Shown: piece by piece, positions 1 through 10,248 of the stretch
Position numbering within the stretch: the stretch's first letter is position 1
Layout: every line of letters begins with the position of its first letter
Source: Smithellaceae bacterium
Lineage (GTDB): Bacteria; Desulfobacterota; Syntrophia; Syntrophales; Smithellaceae
Length of the DNA: 64,000 nt
NCBI GenBank assembly: GCA_963667845.2
Contig: CAXXVL010000001.1
Location: 64,001-128,000 of the forward strand
Direction of reading: 5' to 3'
Made by a program: the position numbers and the translations under genes
The notes under the pieces: model-generated
The model's database searches: none
Seen by the model: the letters and a program-made list of their open reading frames with translations, nothing else
Told to the model about the DNA's origin: nothing

Positions 1-3000
1 ACCACCGCTTCCGCAAGCTGATGCTGGATCTCGATGCGCTTCGTCGGCCCGACGGCGAAAAAGCCGGAGCGCATCTGGCGGATTTTCTCGACCTGCCGGA
101 TTATTTTCAGATCATCGACGGGTACCTGTCGGTTGCCGACGCACTGGAAAAATCGGAGGCCTATCAGGGCCGTCACCTGATCAAGCTGGATTTTCTCTTC
201 GGCGTCATGTCCGTGCCGGGTTTGAGAGACATCCATATCAGCGCCATGCGTGAGATCAATTATTCACTCAAGCTTGTCTTTCAGGAGGAAAAGAAAGAAA
301 ACCTGGAAGGCTTTGTGCGCAAGATTTTCTCTTTCCTGAAGAAGAATACGTCGCAAAACGAATTTCGCGGCGCGAGCATTGACTGCATTCTAACGGCGGC
401 GAGGGAGGTCTTTGCACAAAATGCCCATTCGCTGGTGGACGTCTTCATTGACGAGCTCATTGCCTATGGATTTGAGTATCCGGAAATCAAGGGGTCTACG
501 GCGGACTGGCAGGTGAAGGTCAATCCCGAGCATATCCGCACCATCCGCGCCTGGCTGGAAATTATCGCCATGAAGCCGCGGTGGACCAAAAGGCTCATTT
601 CCGCTCTCGTCATCAATTTGAAAATCGGCGGGATCTTTATCCGTGATACCGACCTCATCCAGAGGGACATCTCCAAACTCCTCAACACGGACATTGCGCC
701 GGCCTATAACCTGATCAAGCAGCTTTTGCGCATTTTCCCCGTCTACTTCAGCGAAATCGGCGCCGAGGGCGAACTCAGAGACATCACGACGCGAGTGGAC
801 GAACTGTCGTTTCGCAACGACCGGCTCATTGATTTTTTCCGCAAGCAATCTCACGTGGAGAGCAACAGCCTGCTTGTCGAATTCACGGAGGACATTTTCC
901 GCTACTGGTTTTCGGGCGACAAACACTATATCCGCAGGCATATCCCGGACGAGGTCTTCGATCAGGTGGAAAATTCGGGGAAGTACTTCGACGGCATGCA
1001 CCAGGCTTTCCTTTATCTGCTCCCCGGGACGGACAACAACCCCCGCATGTTCCTGGAATGGGACAAGTCCAAGATCGCGCGGGAAATCGGTCAGGTCAAG
1101 GATGTCCCGGACGTGGATCAGGAGCGGGTGTCGCTGATGATCCGCATTTATCAATTGATGTATAAAAAATATTTTCCGCAGTATTTTGATTTGCTCAAAG
1201 ATCTGGAAGCTGTGAATGCGTTTGCCGCTCAGGATATCCTGTCCCTGAAAAGAGCGCTGGCGGACAAGAATTACTATCGCAGTCTGACGATCATCCTGAA
1301 ATTCCTGTCCGTGCTCAAAGCGAGAATTCTTTCGGGGAAGAAGACGCAGTCTTTTGAAAACATTTATCATAAGCGCCATATCGCGGCAGGCATCCCGTCC
1401 ATGTACGGAACCTATCATGAAGAGAAATTCGACGCACTGGGGCTCTCGCTTCGGCTGGAAGCTCTGGGCGGCATGCTTTTCGAGGAACTGATCAAATCGC
1501 TGAATTTGAAATTCATCACCAAGCGCACCCTCATCAGAATTCACACCTATCTGTGGCCCTACCTGGGTGCCCTGGAGCTGGAAGGCATTTCCACGGAGGG
1601 ACTGGTGGCTAAGGTCAAGTACGTCACGAGCGCGCTGCCGATCAAGCAATTCTCCGTGGATCAGTACCTGGATATTTTCCGCTTCATCTCCAAAGGCATT
1701 CAGGACGTGATCCGCGATTATTATATCGACGCCCACAGCATTAACCTGCCGATCATCGTCCGGCAGATTACGCCGTTCGCAGAAGATCCGGTCGCCAAAG
1801 GTGAGCCGGCCGTCAAAAACGAACCGCCGAGGCAGGATGAATTGGTGTATCAGCAATCGGAGAATTTCATCCGGGGTATGATTTCATCTGCATTCGGGCT
1901 GCAGGTGCTGGATAATTTCGTCCACGCCGTCATTAAAACGCTCAATGCGGAATTGGACAAATTCAAGGACAATAAGCGGATCCTCAATTTGCTGATGGAT
2001 TATAACCCGGAGCTGGCTGTCTCCTCCATTTACAGCAAGAATGACAGGCTCGACAACCAGATCCTGCTCGGCAATAAAGGCTACTTTCTCAAAAAACTGG
2101 TGTCATTCGGCTTCCCGGTCCCGCCGGGCTTTATCATTACCACGGAAGTGTTTCGCGGCTATGATGCCGTCTACGGGTACAAGTATATTTTCCGGGATCT
2201 CGCGGCGCGCGTCGGTAAGGAAATCGCCGCTCTGGAGAGGAAGACCGGCCGGAAATTCGGCGACCGCAACAATCCGCTCCTTCTGTCGGTGCGAAGCGGC
2301 GCCACCGTTTCGCTGCCGGGGATGATGCGCTCTTTCCTGAATGTGGGCATCAACGCGGCCATCGCCGAAACGCTGGGCGGGAAAAAAGATTTCCAGTGGG
2401 CGGCCTGGGATTCCTACCGCCGGTTTCTCCAGACGTGGGGCATGTTCCAGGGACTGAGTCGGGATTTCTTTGATGCCATCATGGACGGTTTCAAACAAAA
2501 GCACGCCGTGGAAAGAAAAATTCAATTTTCACCTGAACTGATGAAGCAGATCGCCCTGGCTTACAGGAAGGGCATTCTCGATTGTAATATTCCGCTGGCG
2601 GACGATCCCATGCGGCAGCTCCGGCACGCGATCCTGCAGGTTTTTGATTCGTGGTATTCCGAGCAGGCCCAGATCTATCGTCATCAGATGCATCTCTCCG
2701 ACGAATGGGGAACGGCCGTGATCGTCCAGGCCATGGTTTTCGGCAATTTTCACGAAAGGTCCGGTTCGGGCGTCATTTTTACGCGCGATCCGAAAAGCGC
2801 ATCGGCCGACGTTACACTTTACGGCGATTTTATCTTCGGCGTGCAGGGCGATGATATTGTTTCGGGGCTCGTCGAAACGTTTCCCATTTCGGAGCGTCAG
2901 CGGGTCACCGAGCACCGCAATACGGCCATTTCACTCGAAGCCACGTTTCCCGATATTTATGCCGAACTGGTCAGAATCGCGGAGATCATGATTTACGAAA

Positions 3001-3548
3001 AGGGTTTCAATCACCAGGAAATTGAATTTACATTTGAAGGCCCGCGGAAGGAACAACTTTTTTTGCTGCAGACGCGCGACATGGATCAGACCAAAACCAA
3101 GAGTCTGCGGCGGTTCAAGGACACGGCTTCGCTGCATGCCTCCCTTCTGGGCACGGGAATCGGCGTCAGCGGCGGCGCGCTTTGCGGCCGGGCGGTTTAT
3201 TCCGAAGACGACATCAAGCGGTTTCGCAAGACGGAACCCAAATCATCGCTCATTCTGGTGCGGCCCGATACGGTTCCGGACGATGTCGGCGTCCTTTTGC
3301 AGGTCGAGGGGCTCTTGACGGCGAAAGGCGGTGCGACATCGCATGCCGCGGTGACCATTCCGCAGCTGGGGAAAGTCGGCGTGGTGGGCTTAAACAAACT
3401 GAAGGTTTATGAGCCGGAAGGATATGCCACGCTGGATAATCATACCATCCGGACGGGCGATTTCATTTGTATCGACGGCTGGAGCGGCGCGCTGTATCTG
3501 GGCCGGCACGAAAGAGAAACGGATAAGTATTATTCCATCACGCTGTAA
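1..3548 (+). CDS. Pyruvate phosphate dikinase-like protein: large unknown N-terminal region, ATP-grasp domain and phospho-His domain; 5' end lies outside the window
   Basis: Frame is open from the window start. PPDK motifs LGNKG..L, VPPGFIITT, PLLLSVRSGA..S.PGMM, AVIVQAMVFGN, QGDDIVSG and swivel-domain GGATSHAAV. Protein ends right after the His domain. Confidence 0.8.
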   Translation, partial: HRFRKLMLDLDALRRPDGEKAGAHLADFLDLPDYFQIIDGYLSVADALEKSEAYQGRHLIKLDFLFGVMSVPGLRDIHISAMREINYSLKLVFQEEKKENLEGFVRKIFSFLKKNTSQNEFRGASIDCILTAAREVFAQNAHSLVDVFIDELIAYGFEYPEIKGSTADWQVKVNPEHIRTIRAWLEIIAMKPRWTKRLISALVINLKIGGIFIRDTDLIQRDISKLLNTDIAPAYNLIKQLLRIFPVYFSEIGAEGELRDITTRVDELSFRNDRLIDFFRKQSHVESNSLLVEFTEDIFRYWFSGDKHYIRRHIPDEVFDQVENSGKYFDGMHQAFLYLLPGTDNNPRMFLEWDKSKIAREIGQVKDVPDVDQERVSLMIRIYQLMYKKYFPQYFDLLKDLEAVNAFAAQDILSLKRALADKNYYRSLTIILKFLSVLKARILSGKKTQSFENIYHKRHIAAGIPSMYGTYHEEKFDALGLSLRLEALGGMLFEELIKSLNLKFITKRTLIRIHTYLWPYLGALELEGISTEGLVAKVKYVTSALPIKQFSVDQYLDIFRFISKGIQDVIRDYYIDAHSINLPIIVRQITPFAEDPVAKGEPAVKNEPPRQDELVYQQSENFIRGMISSAFGLQVLDNFVHAVIKTLNAELDKFKDNKRILNLLMDYNPELAVSSIYSKNDRLDNQILLGNKGYFLKKLVSFGFPVPPGFIITTEVFRGYDAVYGYKYIFRDLAARVGKEIAALERKTGRKFGDRNNPLLLSVRSGATVSLPGMMRSFLNVGINAAIAETLGGKKDFQWAAWDSYRRFLQTWGMFQGLSRDFFDAIMDGFKQKHAVERKIQFSPELMKQIALAYRKGILDCNIPLADDPMRQLRHAILQVFDSWYSEQAQIYRHQMHLSDEWGTAVIVQAMVFGNFHERSGSGVIFTRDPKSASADVTLYGDFIFGVQGDDIVSGLVETFPISERQRVTEHRNTAISLEATFPDIYAELVRIAEIMIYEKGFNHQEIEFTFEGPRKEQLFLLQTRDMDQTKTKSLRRFKDTASLHASLLGTGIGVSGGALCGRAVYSEDDIKRFRKTEPKSSLILVRPDTVPDDVGVLLQVEGLLTAKGGATSHAAVTIPQLGKVGVVGLNKLKVYEPEGYATLDNHTIRTGDFICIDGWSGALYLGRHERETDKYYSITL

Positions 3549-3951
3549 GATGCGGGCTAAGATGCGGGCGCATGCCGCCGAGCGCTGGATTCAGGCGTCC
3601 GCCCAAAAGAGAACGCCCACAAGGATTATGTTTAAGGACTTCTTCCTGCAAGTAAAGCATCTGGCAATTTTGGTAAGCATACTGCCTTTTCAAACAGTAA
3701 TCCTTATTGCCTGAAGTCGTAAATCATCGATCGCAATGAAAATACATGATGTCCCCTCGATCTTTACCTGAAAAAGTGGAGAGTATCTACTAAGACTACT
3801 AACTGCAATTTAACATAATGGCGCGAGCATTTGGGGCAGATCAGATAGAAGTTGACATATATTAATTTGTTTCGATATATCTTCATAAGAAGAAGTCTGA
3901 TAAAAGCACCATTTTAGATTTATACAAAAAATACAGATAGAGTTTTGAGAA

Positions 3952-4851
3952 ATGAGAACTGTTGGATTAATAGGATGCGGTGTCTGGGGTTCAAATATAT
4001 TAAGAGATTTAATTAAATTAAATTGCAATGTTTATGTGGTTGACATTGATTCCCGGGCAAGGTCAATGGCTTCTGCAAATGGCGCCTCGAAAGCATTTCC
4101 CAAAATAGTCGATTTACCAAACTGTGATTGCTATGTAGTTGCTGTTCCCATTCCCGATTTAACACAAGAATGTGCTGCTTTATTAAAATATAAAAAACCT
4201 ATTTTTTCGGAAAAGACATTGTGCCTGTCCTTGGAAGATTTCCATCTTTTAAGTAATTTGGGTGGCTCTGATTATATTTTTGCTATGCATAAATGGCATT
4301 ACCATCCTGGCATAGAAGCATTAAGGGTTGTTGCTCAATCAGGAAAGATAGGACAACTCGAAGAATTATGCACAACGAGGCACGCTTGGGTAAAAGATTT
4401 TCATGGAGGAGATGTTTTCTGGACACAAGCTGTTCACGACCTTACTATCATCAAGCATATATTAGGTTATATTCCAGAAGAAATTAAGGCTATTAACATT
4501 ATTAAGAATGAAGATTTATTACCTATTAGTTTTACCGCTATGTTGGGTGGCACGCCCGTGGTTAGCATGTCTGTAAGTGGCAGACACTGCAATAAAATAA
4601 GCGGCGTAAGTATACATGGCAAAAAAGGTTCTGCCTCGCTCCATGATGCTCTTGATGATCATATTAAAATAAGAAACGACTCTGGTGAGGAAAAGATAGC
4701 GATTGATACTACATTTCCTCTCTACTTGGAATTAAAGGAATTTGTTGAATATCTTAGTAATGGTCCAGCGCCGCGCTGCAATCTTCAAAGTGCAAAAGAA
4801 GTAACTCAGGCTATTTTGAATCTCAGAAAGAAAGCTGATTTGAAATTCTGA
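3952..4851 (+). CDS. Gfo/Idh/MocA family NAD(P)-dependent oxidoreductase
   Basis: N-terminal GLIGCGVWG Rossmann motif, EKT (EKP-like) and AVHDL motifs; AT-rich. Confidence 0.8.
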   Translation: MRTVGLIGCGVWGSNILRDLIKLNCNVYVVDIDSRARSMASANGASKAFPKIVDLPNCDCYVVAVPIPDLTQECAALLKYKKPIFSEKTLCLSLEDFHLLSNLGGSDYIFAMHKWHYHPGIEALRVVAQSGKIGQLEELCTTRHAWVKDFHGGDVFWTQAVHDLTIIKHILGYIPEEIKAINIIKNEDLLPISFTAMLGGTPVVSMSVSGRHCNKISGVSIHGKKGSASLHDALDDHIKIRNDSGEEKIAIDTTFPLYLELKEFVEYLSNGPAPRCNLQSAKEVTQAILNLRKKADLKF

Positions 4852-4882
4852 ATTATAACCTTTTTGAAAAGGATTTTTTATA

Positions 4883-5962
4883 ATGAACAGGCAGCCCAAG
4901 GTATTTGCTCCGTCGAAAGTGGCCGTTGATCATCAAAAGCTAGAAGCATATTTAAAGGGAGAGCAAATTTATCCAACAACTATAGAGATGGATTTAACTC
5001 AACTTTGCACACGTTCTTGTCCAGGATGTCCATACTCTGTATCAAGGAGACCAGGGCTTACTTTGCAGATGCCATTTTTAGACAGATTGTTCAACATATT
5101 AGGTCCACATGTCCCTGGTATAGTTTTATCGGGAGGAGAACCAACTCTGGTCCCCCATTTCCCTGAAACGTTGGCACTTGCCAGAAAGAAAGGTTTTAAG
5201 CAAATTGCTGTCATTTCAAACGGAGGGAATGTTCATCAAACAAAAGTAATAGATGCTCTCCTGGAGAATGCAACCGCAATTCGCATTTCCATGTATGACT
5301 GGCAGGAAAATGAATCAGAATATTTTATAACTTCACTTAAGAAAATAGAAGGGCTGCGTAATTGCATTGAAAAGGAAGGCAGCAAGCTCGAAATAGGAGC
5401 TTCTATATTAACTCGTAAGGAATGGAACCATAGGTATGAATCAGTCGGTCTGCAGGCGTTGAATGCAGGTATTAATTGGCTATATTTTCACCCATATTGT
5501 ATTGACTGGGAGAAAGTATATCCAATCAAAGCAGATCAAACAGGCGTTTTGGAGGCAATCTTAAACCTACAGAATTTAGCACCAAAAGATGCCAATATTC
5601 AGGTGCCTTATGAAAGGTATTATGAGACCCCCTTGTATTTCGAAAAACTACATGGCTCTCACTTTTTAATACAGGTAGGCGCAGACGGTATTAACTATGC
5701 CGGTCCAGAATGTAAATATGAAAAAGAAACCGAGTTGTTAAATTTAAATGAATATATGGAAGATGATTTTCTCTGGCATCCGCAAAGATTAAAAATATTA
5801 AATGAGCTGAACAACAATAATTATCGTTTCATCGGCACGAAGCACAGGCCGGTAATATTCAGCGACTATATAGAACGGATAATCCAAAGTCGTGAAAATT
5901 CTGAGGCACGGGCAAATCTATGCAGCCCAGCCAATAGCTTCTCCTATCCTAATATCATATAG
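4883..5962 (+). CDS. Radical SAM protein
   Basis: CTRSCPGC (CxxxCxxC), SGGEPT and ISNG motifs. Confidence 0.9.
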   Translation: MNRQPKVFAPSKVAVDHQKLEAYLKGEQIYPTTIEMDLTQLCTRSCPGCPYSVSRRPGLTLQMPFLDRLFNILGPHVPGIVLSGGEPTLVPHFPETLALARKKGFKQIAVISNGGNVHQTKVIDALLENATAIRISMYDWQENESEYFITSLKKIEGLRNCIEKEGSKLEIGASILTRKEWNHRYESVGLQALNAGINWLYFHPYCIDWEKVYPIKADQTGVLEAILNLQNLAPKDANIQVPYERYYETPLYFEKLHGSHFLIQVGADGINYAGPECKYEKETELLNLNEYMEDDFLWHPQRLKILNELNNNNYRFIGTKHRPVIFSDYIERIIQSRENSEARANLCSPANSFSYPNII

Positions 5963-5968
5963 GCTTTC

Positions 5969-6796
5969 ATGTTGGAAACTATAGCAACAGTGATTATACC
6001 CACGTTTGGAAATGCCACGTTTGCAGGCTGGGCTGTTAAGAGCGTCCAGAATCAAACGGTAAAGAATATTGAAATATGTATCATATGCGACGGTTCTCCG
6101 GAGAACATGGTCTCTTTTTTTAGGAATATAGAGAAAGAAGACTCCCGCGTTAAGGTCTTCGTGTTTCCCAAGTCGCCACGGACAGGAGAGCCTTATCGGG
6201 ATATTATCATTCGACAATCTACCGGGAAAATTATTTGTTATTGCAGTCATGATGATCTGTGGCTTCCCAATCATATCCAAGAAGTTGAAAAAACACTGAG
6301 GAGATATAAATTCACGCATTCGATACATGCCTGTGTGGACGTGCCACAAAATTTGGATAATGAGAGCAATCTTTTCAATGCGATTAATTGGATTGATCTT
6401 CGGGACAAGAAAATTGTTAAAGAAATGTTCGATGGACAAAATTATTTTGGTTTGACCTTCGGAGCCCACACGAGAGAAAGCTATGACGGGATGGAGGAGG
6501 GATGGGTAACTACCCCGAAAGCGGAAATACCTACAGATCTTTATATGTGGTTGAAATTTCTTTCTGCTTTCGGAAATCAATGCAGGACCACCCCAAAATT
6601 AACAGCCCTGAATTTTCGAAGAATCGACAGGCAAGATTGGTCGGAGGAACAACGCAAAATTGAGCTAAAGTGCTATTTTGAAAAAATACAGGATCCAACT
6701 TTTTTAAAAAAAATCCGTGTGCTGGCGAATCGATCTTGTCCCTTCTTTCAAAGAAAGAAAATAACGTGCCTTGACATAATAGCTCGACTGTTTTGA
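5969..6796 (+). CDS. Glycosyltransferase family 2
   Basis: ATVIIPTF..AVKSVQNQT..IEICIICDGS, and HDDLW at the DxD position. Confidence 0.85.
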   Translation: MLETIATVIIPTFGNATFAGWAVKSVQNQTVKNIEICIICDGSPENMVSFFRNIEKEDSRVKVFVFPKSPRTGEPYRDIIIRQSTGKIICYCSHDDLWLPNHIQEVEKTLRRYKFTHSIHACVDVPQNLDNESNLFNAINWIDLRDKKIVKEMFDGQNYFGLTFGAHTRESYDGMEEGWVTTPKAEIPTDLYMWLKFLSAFGNQCRTTPKLTALNFRRIDRQDWSEEQRKIELKCYFEKIQDPTFLKKIRVLANRSCPFFQRKKITCLDIIARLF

Positions 6797-7165
6797 ATCC
6801 TTAGCAACACTTCTTTCCTTTTTTCTATTTTAATCCTTACTTTGGTAAAAGTTTGATTATTACGTTTGATAAGACATTATTTATGTCGCAATAAGCACGA
6901 ACTCTACTTCAGGATGCCTGGGCTATTTTGCGCATCATGATCACTACAAGAATCAGGCCTCTTTCAATCGATAATCATCAATATTATTTATGCTATGGGG
7001 ATGAGGATAAACAGGTGGCGGCAGTAAGCTGTGCCTCCCGTAACTGATCTGTCCCGAAACTTTCATCAGCGCAAAGCGGCAAATCTTCACCGTCGAACCT
7101 TCGCATGATGAGCGTTCTGAATTGCTGATTATTTTGGATGGAACGGAATGATCAAAGAGCGTCCG

Positions 7166-8149
7166 TCAGAAAAAGCAAAAATGATTTTTCCCCTGGGCTC
7201 TTTTGATTCTGTACATCGCCATATCGGCGTTGCGGATCAGGGTGTCCGAATCTTCACCGTTTTGCGGAAACAGCGCGATGCCGATGCTGAAGTTGACCTT
7301 GATCCTGAGTGGCGGATTGCCGAGCAATACGGGCTCCTGAAATCTTTCAAAAAGATTGCCCACGATATTCTCAATGTGGTCCTTCTGGGAGACATCCGTC
7401 AGGAGAATTAAAAACTCGTCGCCGCCGATCCGGGCAATGGTGTCATTTTCACGCCGGATAACTTCCTTGAGCCTGTTGGCGATCTCAACGAGCAGGGCGT
7501 CTCCGACCAGATGGCCGTGGACGTCATTGACGTCCTTGAATTCATCCAGATCGAGAAACAGCAAAGCCAGCTGACCGCTTCTTCGTTTGGCCGTGACGAT
7601 GGCCTGCTCCAGACGGTCCATCATCAGCATGCGGTTGGCAAGCCCCGTCAGCGGATCGTTATAGGCGAGCTGGATGACCCGCCCTTCGGTCAGATCAACA
7701 AAATTGCCCAGGACGGCCCGTTTTTCATTCATGTGGATGAGGGCGACGGAACCCATGATCCATTTGATTTTATCCTGCTGGGTCATCACGCGGAACATGA
7801 AGAAAGATTGGGTCTCGCCCTTGAGCATGGCTTCGACGCTCTTCCTTGCATGCTCCCGGTCTTCTGCGTAAACGATATCCAGAGGAGACATGTCCCGGAG
7901 CTGCTTGGGGGAAAATCCGAAAGTTTCCGTAAATGCCTTATTGGTATAAATCAATCTGTGCTTCTGAATGATGCAGATGCCGAAAGGAGAAAGGTTCAGC
8001 ATGATCTGGATAAACTCGTTCAATTCATGAACCTGCTTGGCGGCGGAGGAAAATTGGATCTGCAGCCGCTTGTTTTCACCGGCCATCCTGTTGAGTTGGT
8101 CCTCAAGATCTGTCGGGGTAATTTTTATGTGCTCCGATTTGACAGACAC
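7166..8149 (-). CDS. PAS-GGDEF diguanylate cyclase
   Basis: PAS domain, then DPLTGLANR, DLDEFK.VND..GH..GD and ARIGGDEF. Confidence 0.92.
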   Translation of the reverse strand: MSVKSEHIKITPTDLEDQLNRMAGENKRLQIQFSSAAKQVHELNEFIQIMLNLSPFGICIIQKHRLIYTNKAFTETFGFSPKQLRDMSPLDIVYAEDREHARKSVEAMLKGETQSFFMFRVMTQQDKIKWIMGSVALIHMNEKRAVLGNFVDLTEGRVIQLAYNDPLTGLANRMLMMDRLEQAIVTAKRRSGQLALLFLDLDEFKDVNDVHGHLVGDALLVEIANRLKEVIRRENDTIARIGGDEFLILLTDVSQKDHIENIVGNLFERFQEPVLLGNPPLRIKVNFSIGIALFPQNGEDSDTLIRNADMAMYRIKRAQGKNHFCFF

Positions 8150-8264
8150 AGCAAAAGCGCCTTTCCTGATGTTCTTGCCGCTGCAAGATTTCAGCGTGAT
8201 GGAAATATTCTACACCACTTTGCCCGAATAGCCAAGGCCGGGGATGCATCCCGGGGGCCGCGTG

Positions 8265-8300
8265 AAAACCCCCGTTTCCCGGCAAAAGGAAGCGGGGGTT
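8265..8300 (-). terminator. Putative intrinsic terminator after gap
   Basis: Minus-strand stem AACCCCCGCTTCC/GGAAACGGGGGTT with a short T tail, about 25 nt past the gap stop. Confidence 0.55.
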
Positions 8301-8324
8301 ACACATTCTCCATTTGTTTATCGC

Positions 8325-9596
8325 TTATTGAATATTCTTGTGGATGTAGACGGTCAAATCGCCCAGTCGGTTCGTATAGCTGCCGTACTCGTTGTCATAC
8401 CAGCCGAAGATCTTGGCATGGACCACCGGGACCTGCAGCATTTTCCCGCCGATGGTCTGGAGAACGCCCGCCGGCAGATTCGGAATATGCGACAGATCAA
8501 CCGGGATAAAGGCCGTGCGGGTATGATTGAACTGGCCTTCGATAATTACCGCCGCGTCTTCGCCGATCAGGTCGGTGGATACGTTTTGCTGCATGGTGAA
8601 CCGGACCAGAGGATTGTTTTGGGCAATCTTCTCGTAAATATCATTGAGCTTCTTCGTGTCAATATTCGCAGCATCGCCTTTGCCGTTGGGCCGCGCCTGA
8701 AACGTTGCGTTCAGGATGATCAGCGAAAGGGTATTGGTCGGCACGCGGATGGAATCGCCCATGAACCCGATATTCTTGACTTCCGGAATAACCTCCATCA
8801 GTGCCTTCGCGGCGCCCGTCGAGGTCAGGATAATATTGTTCAGAATGCTGCGCGTCTTGCGGATGTCTTTTTCTCCCGCCTTGGGCAGTTTATCCAGAAC
8901 GCTCTGGGTGTTGGTGACGGCGTGGATCGTGGACATGGACGCCGTCAAAATCGTGCTGGTTTCCTCATTATCCAGAAGCGGCTTCACCATGTGGGCAAGC
9001 CCCGTTGTGGTGCAGGACGCCGCGGAAACAAGCAGATGCTGCTTGCGATTGAAAGCCGTGTGATTGATGCCGTAAATCAGGGTGGTGGTGTCGTCCGGTG
9101 TGGCCACGCCTTTGTTTTTGATCTTGAACGGTGCGGAATGGACCACCACCTTGGCGCCGCCGTTTAAATGGCCCCGGATCGAACCTTTTTTGTCGTCGGC
9201 GGAAACGGTCGGGTCTTTAAAATTTCCGCTGCAGTCCACAACAATATCCGCGCCGTATTGACGCCACGGAATATTAAGCGGGTTTCTCTGCTCACGCAGA
9301 ATGGTCACCGGCACGCCGTCGATAAGCAGTTTGCCGTTCTTTTCGTCCGTAATTTGTACGCAAGGCTTTGCTTTATAGCCATAGAGAAACCGGTGGAGCA
9401 AACCGTAAGTGGCGTCCGTTTCTATCAGCCGGGCGATGGTTTCCATTCCCACTCCCACATCGCGGCCCTGGTTGACGACGATCTCCTTGAAATACTTCCT
9501 GCCGACGTGATGCCAGAGTGTCAGCTTGCCGATTCGTCCGAGACTGTTAATGCCGAGTACCGGCCCTTTGCTTTCCTTCGTGCTGCTGTTGGTCAT
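8325..9596 (-). CDS. gap: Type I glyceraldehyde-3-phosphate dehydrogenase, long divergent form
   Basis: GINSLGRIG, VVDCSG.F, SAASCTTTGL (catalytic Cys), NIILTSTGAAKA, RVPT, WYDNEYG. Confidence 0.85.
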   Translation of the reverse strand: MTNSSTKESKGPVLGINSLGRIGKLTLWHHVGRKYFKEIVVNQGRDVGVGMETIARLIETDATYGLLHRFLYGYKAKPCVQITDEKNGKLLIDGVPVTILREQRNPLNIPWRQYGADIVVDCSGNFKDPTVSADDKKGSIRGHLNGGAKVVVHSAPFKIKNKGVATPDDTTTLIYGINHTAFNRKQHLLVSAASCTTTGLAHMVKPLLDNEETSTILTASMSTIHAVTNTQSVLDKLPKAGEKDIRKTRSILNNIILTSTGAAKALMEVIPEVKNIGFMGDSIRVPTNTLSLIILNATFQARPNGKGDAANIDTKKLNDIYEKIAQNNPLVRFTMQQNVSTDLIGEDAAVIIEGQFNHTRTAFIPVDLSHIPNLPAGVLQTIGGKMLQVPVVHAKIFGWYDNEYGSYTNRLGDLTVYIHKNIQ

Positions 9597-9917
9597 GATA
9601 TATTTCCTCCTTTACCCCCGTGACGGCGGGAATGATTTCTGTAGTGATTAAGGGATGAATGGCGCATAGATTCCCAATGACTGTTACGGAGTGTAAATTC
9701 GTATAAACATTGAGCAAAGCCGAAATTCATAATTCATTGAGGTCATTTGGGAAGACCGGAACTCTCTTACCGGAAAGCGCCGCCAAAGTCAAGAGCGTAA
9801 TGGATAAATGTAGTCATATCAATTGCATATAATGCCTGACGGTGAGGATCAAGCCGCAGGGACACGCGGGCGGATTTGCGCGGGCGAAATCATTACAAGC
9901 TGGCCGGGATCGCTCCT

Positions 9918-10244
9918 TCAGGTGCAACAGCCGCCGCTTTTGATGGTTACGGTCTTGCTGGTTTGCGGTCCGCAGCAGCATTCCCCGCCGTTTTTCCCCA
10001 GCATGCCGTTAATGACGGCGGCAGCGCAGCCGACGCCGGCTTCCACCCCGATGGCCAACGCGGGGCAATTCCGGCTGCAGGCGCCGCATTCCATGCAGGC
10101 GTCGCGGTTAATGACCTGCACGTTCTTCCCGTTCATTTTGAAAACGCCGTGGGGACAAACCTCGAGGCACATACCGCAGCCGGTGCATTTTTGTGTGTCC
10201 AGTGCCAGTGTTACAACATCTTTCAGATAAATCATGTTTCCCAT
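9918..10244 (-). CDS. hgcB: Mercury methylation 2[4Fe-4S] ferredoxin HgcB
   Basis: CTGCGMCLEVCPH and CMECGACSRNCP clusters, GVGCAAA, Cys-rich tail; starts 4 nt after the hgcA stop. Confidence 0.93.
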   Translation of the reverse strand: MGNMIYLKDVVTLALDTQKCTGCGMCLEVCPHGVFKMNGKNVQVINRDACMECGACSRNCPALAIGVEAGVGCAAAVINGMLGKNGGECCCGPQTSKTVTIKSGGCCT

Positions 10245-10248
10245 ATTA

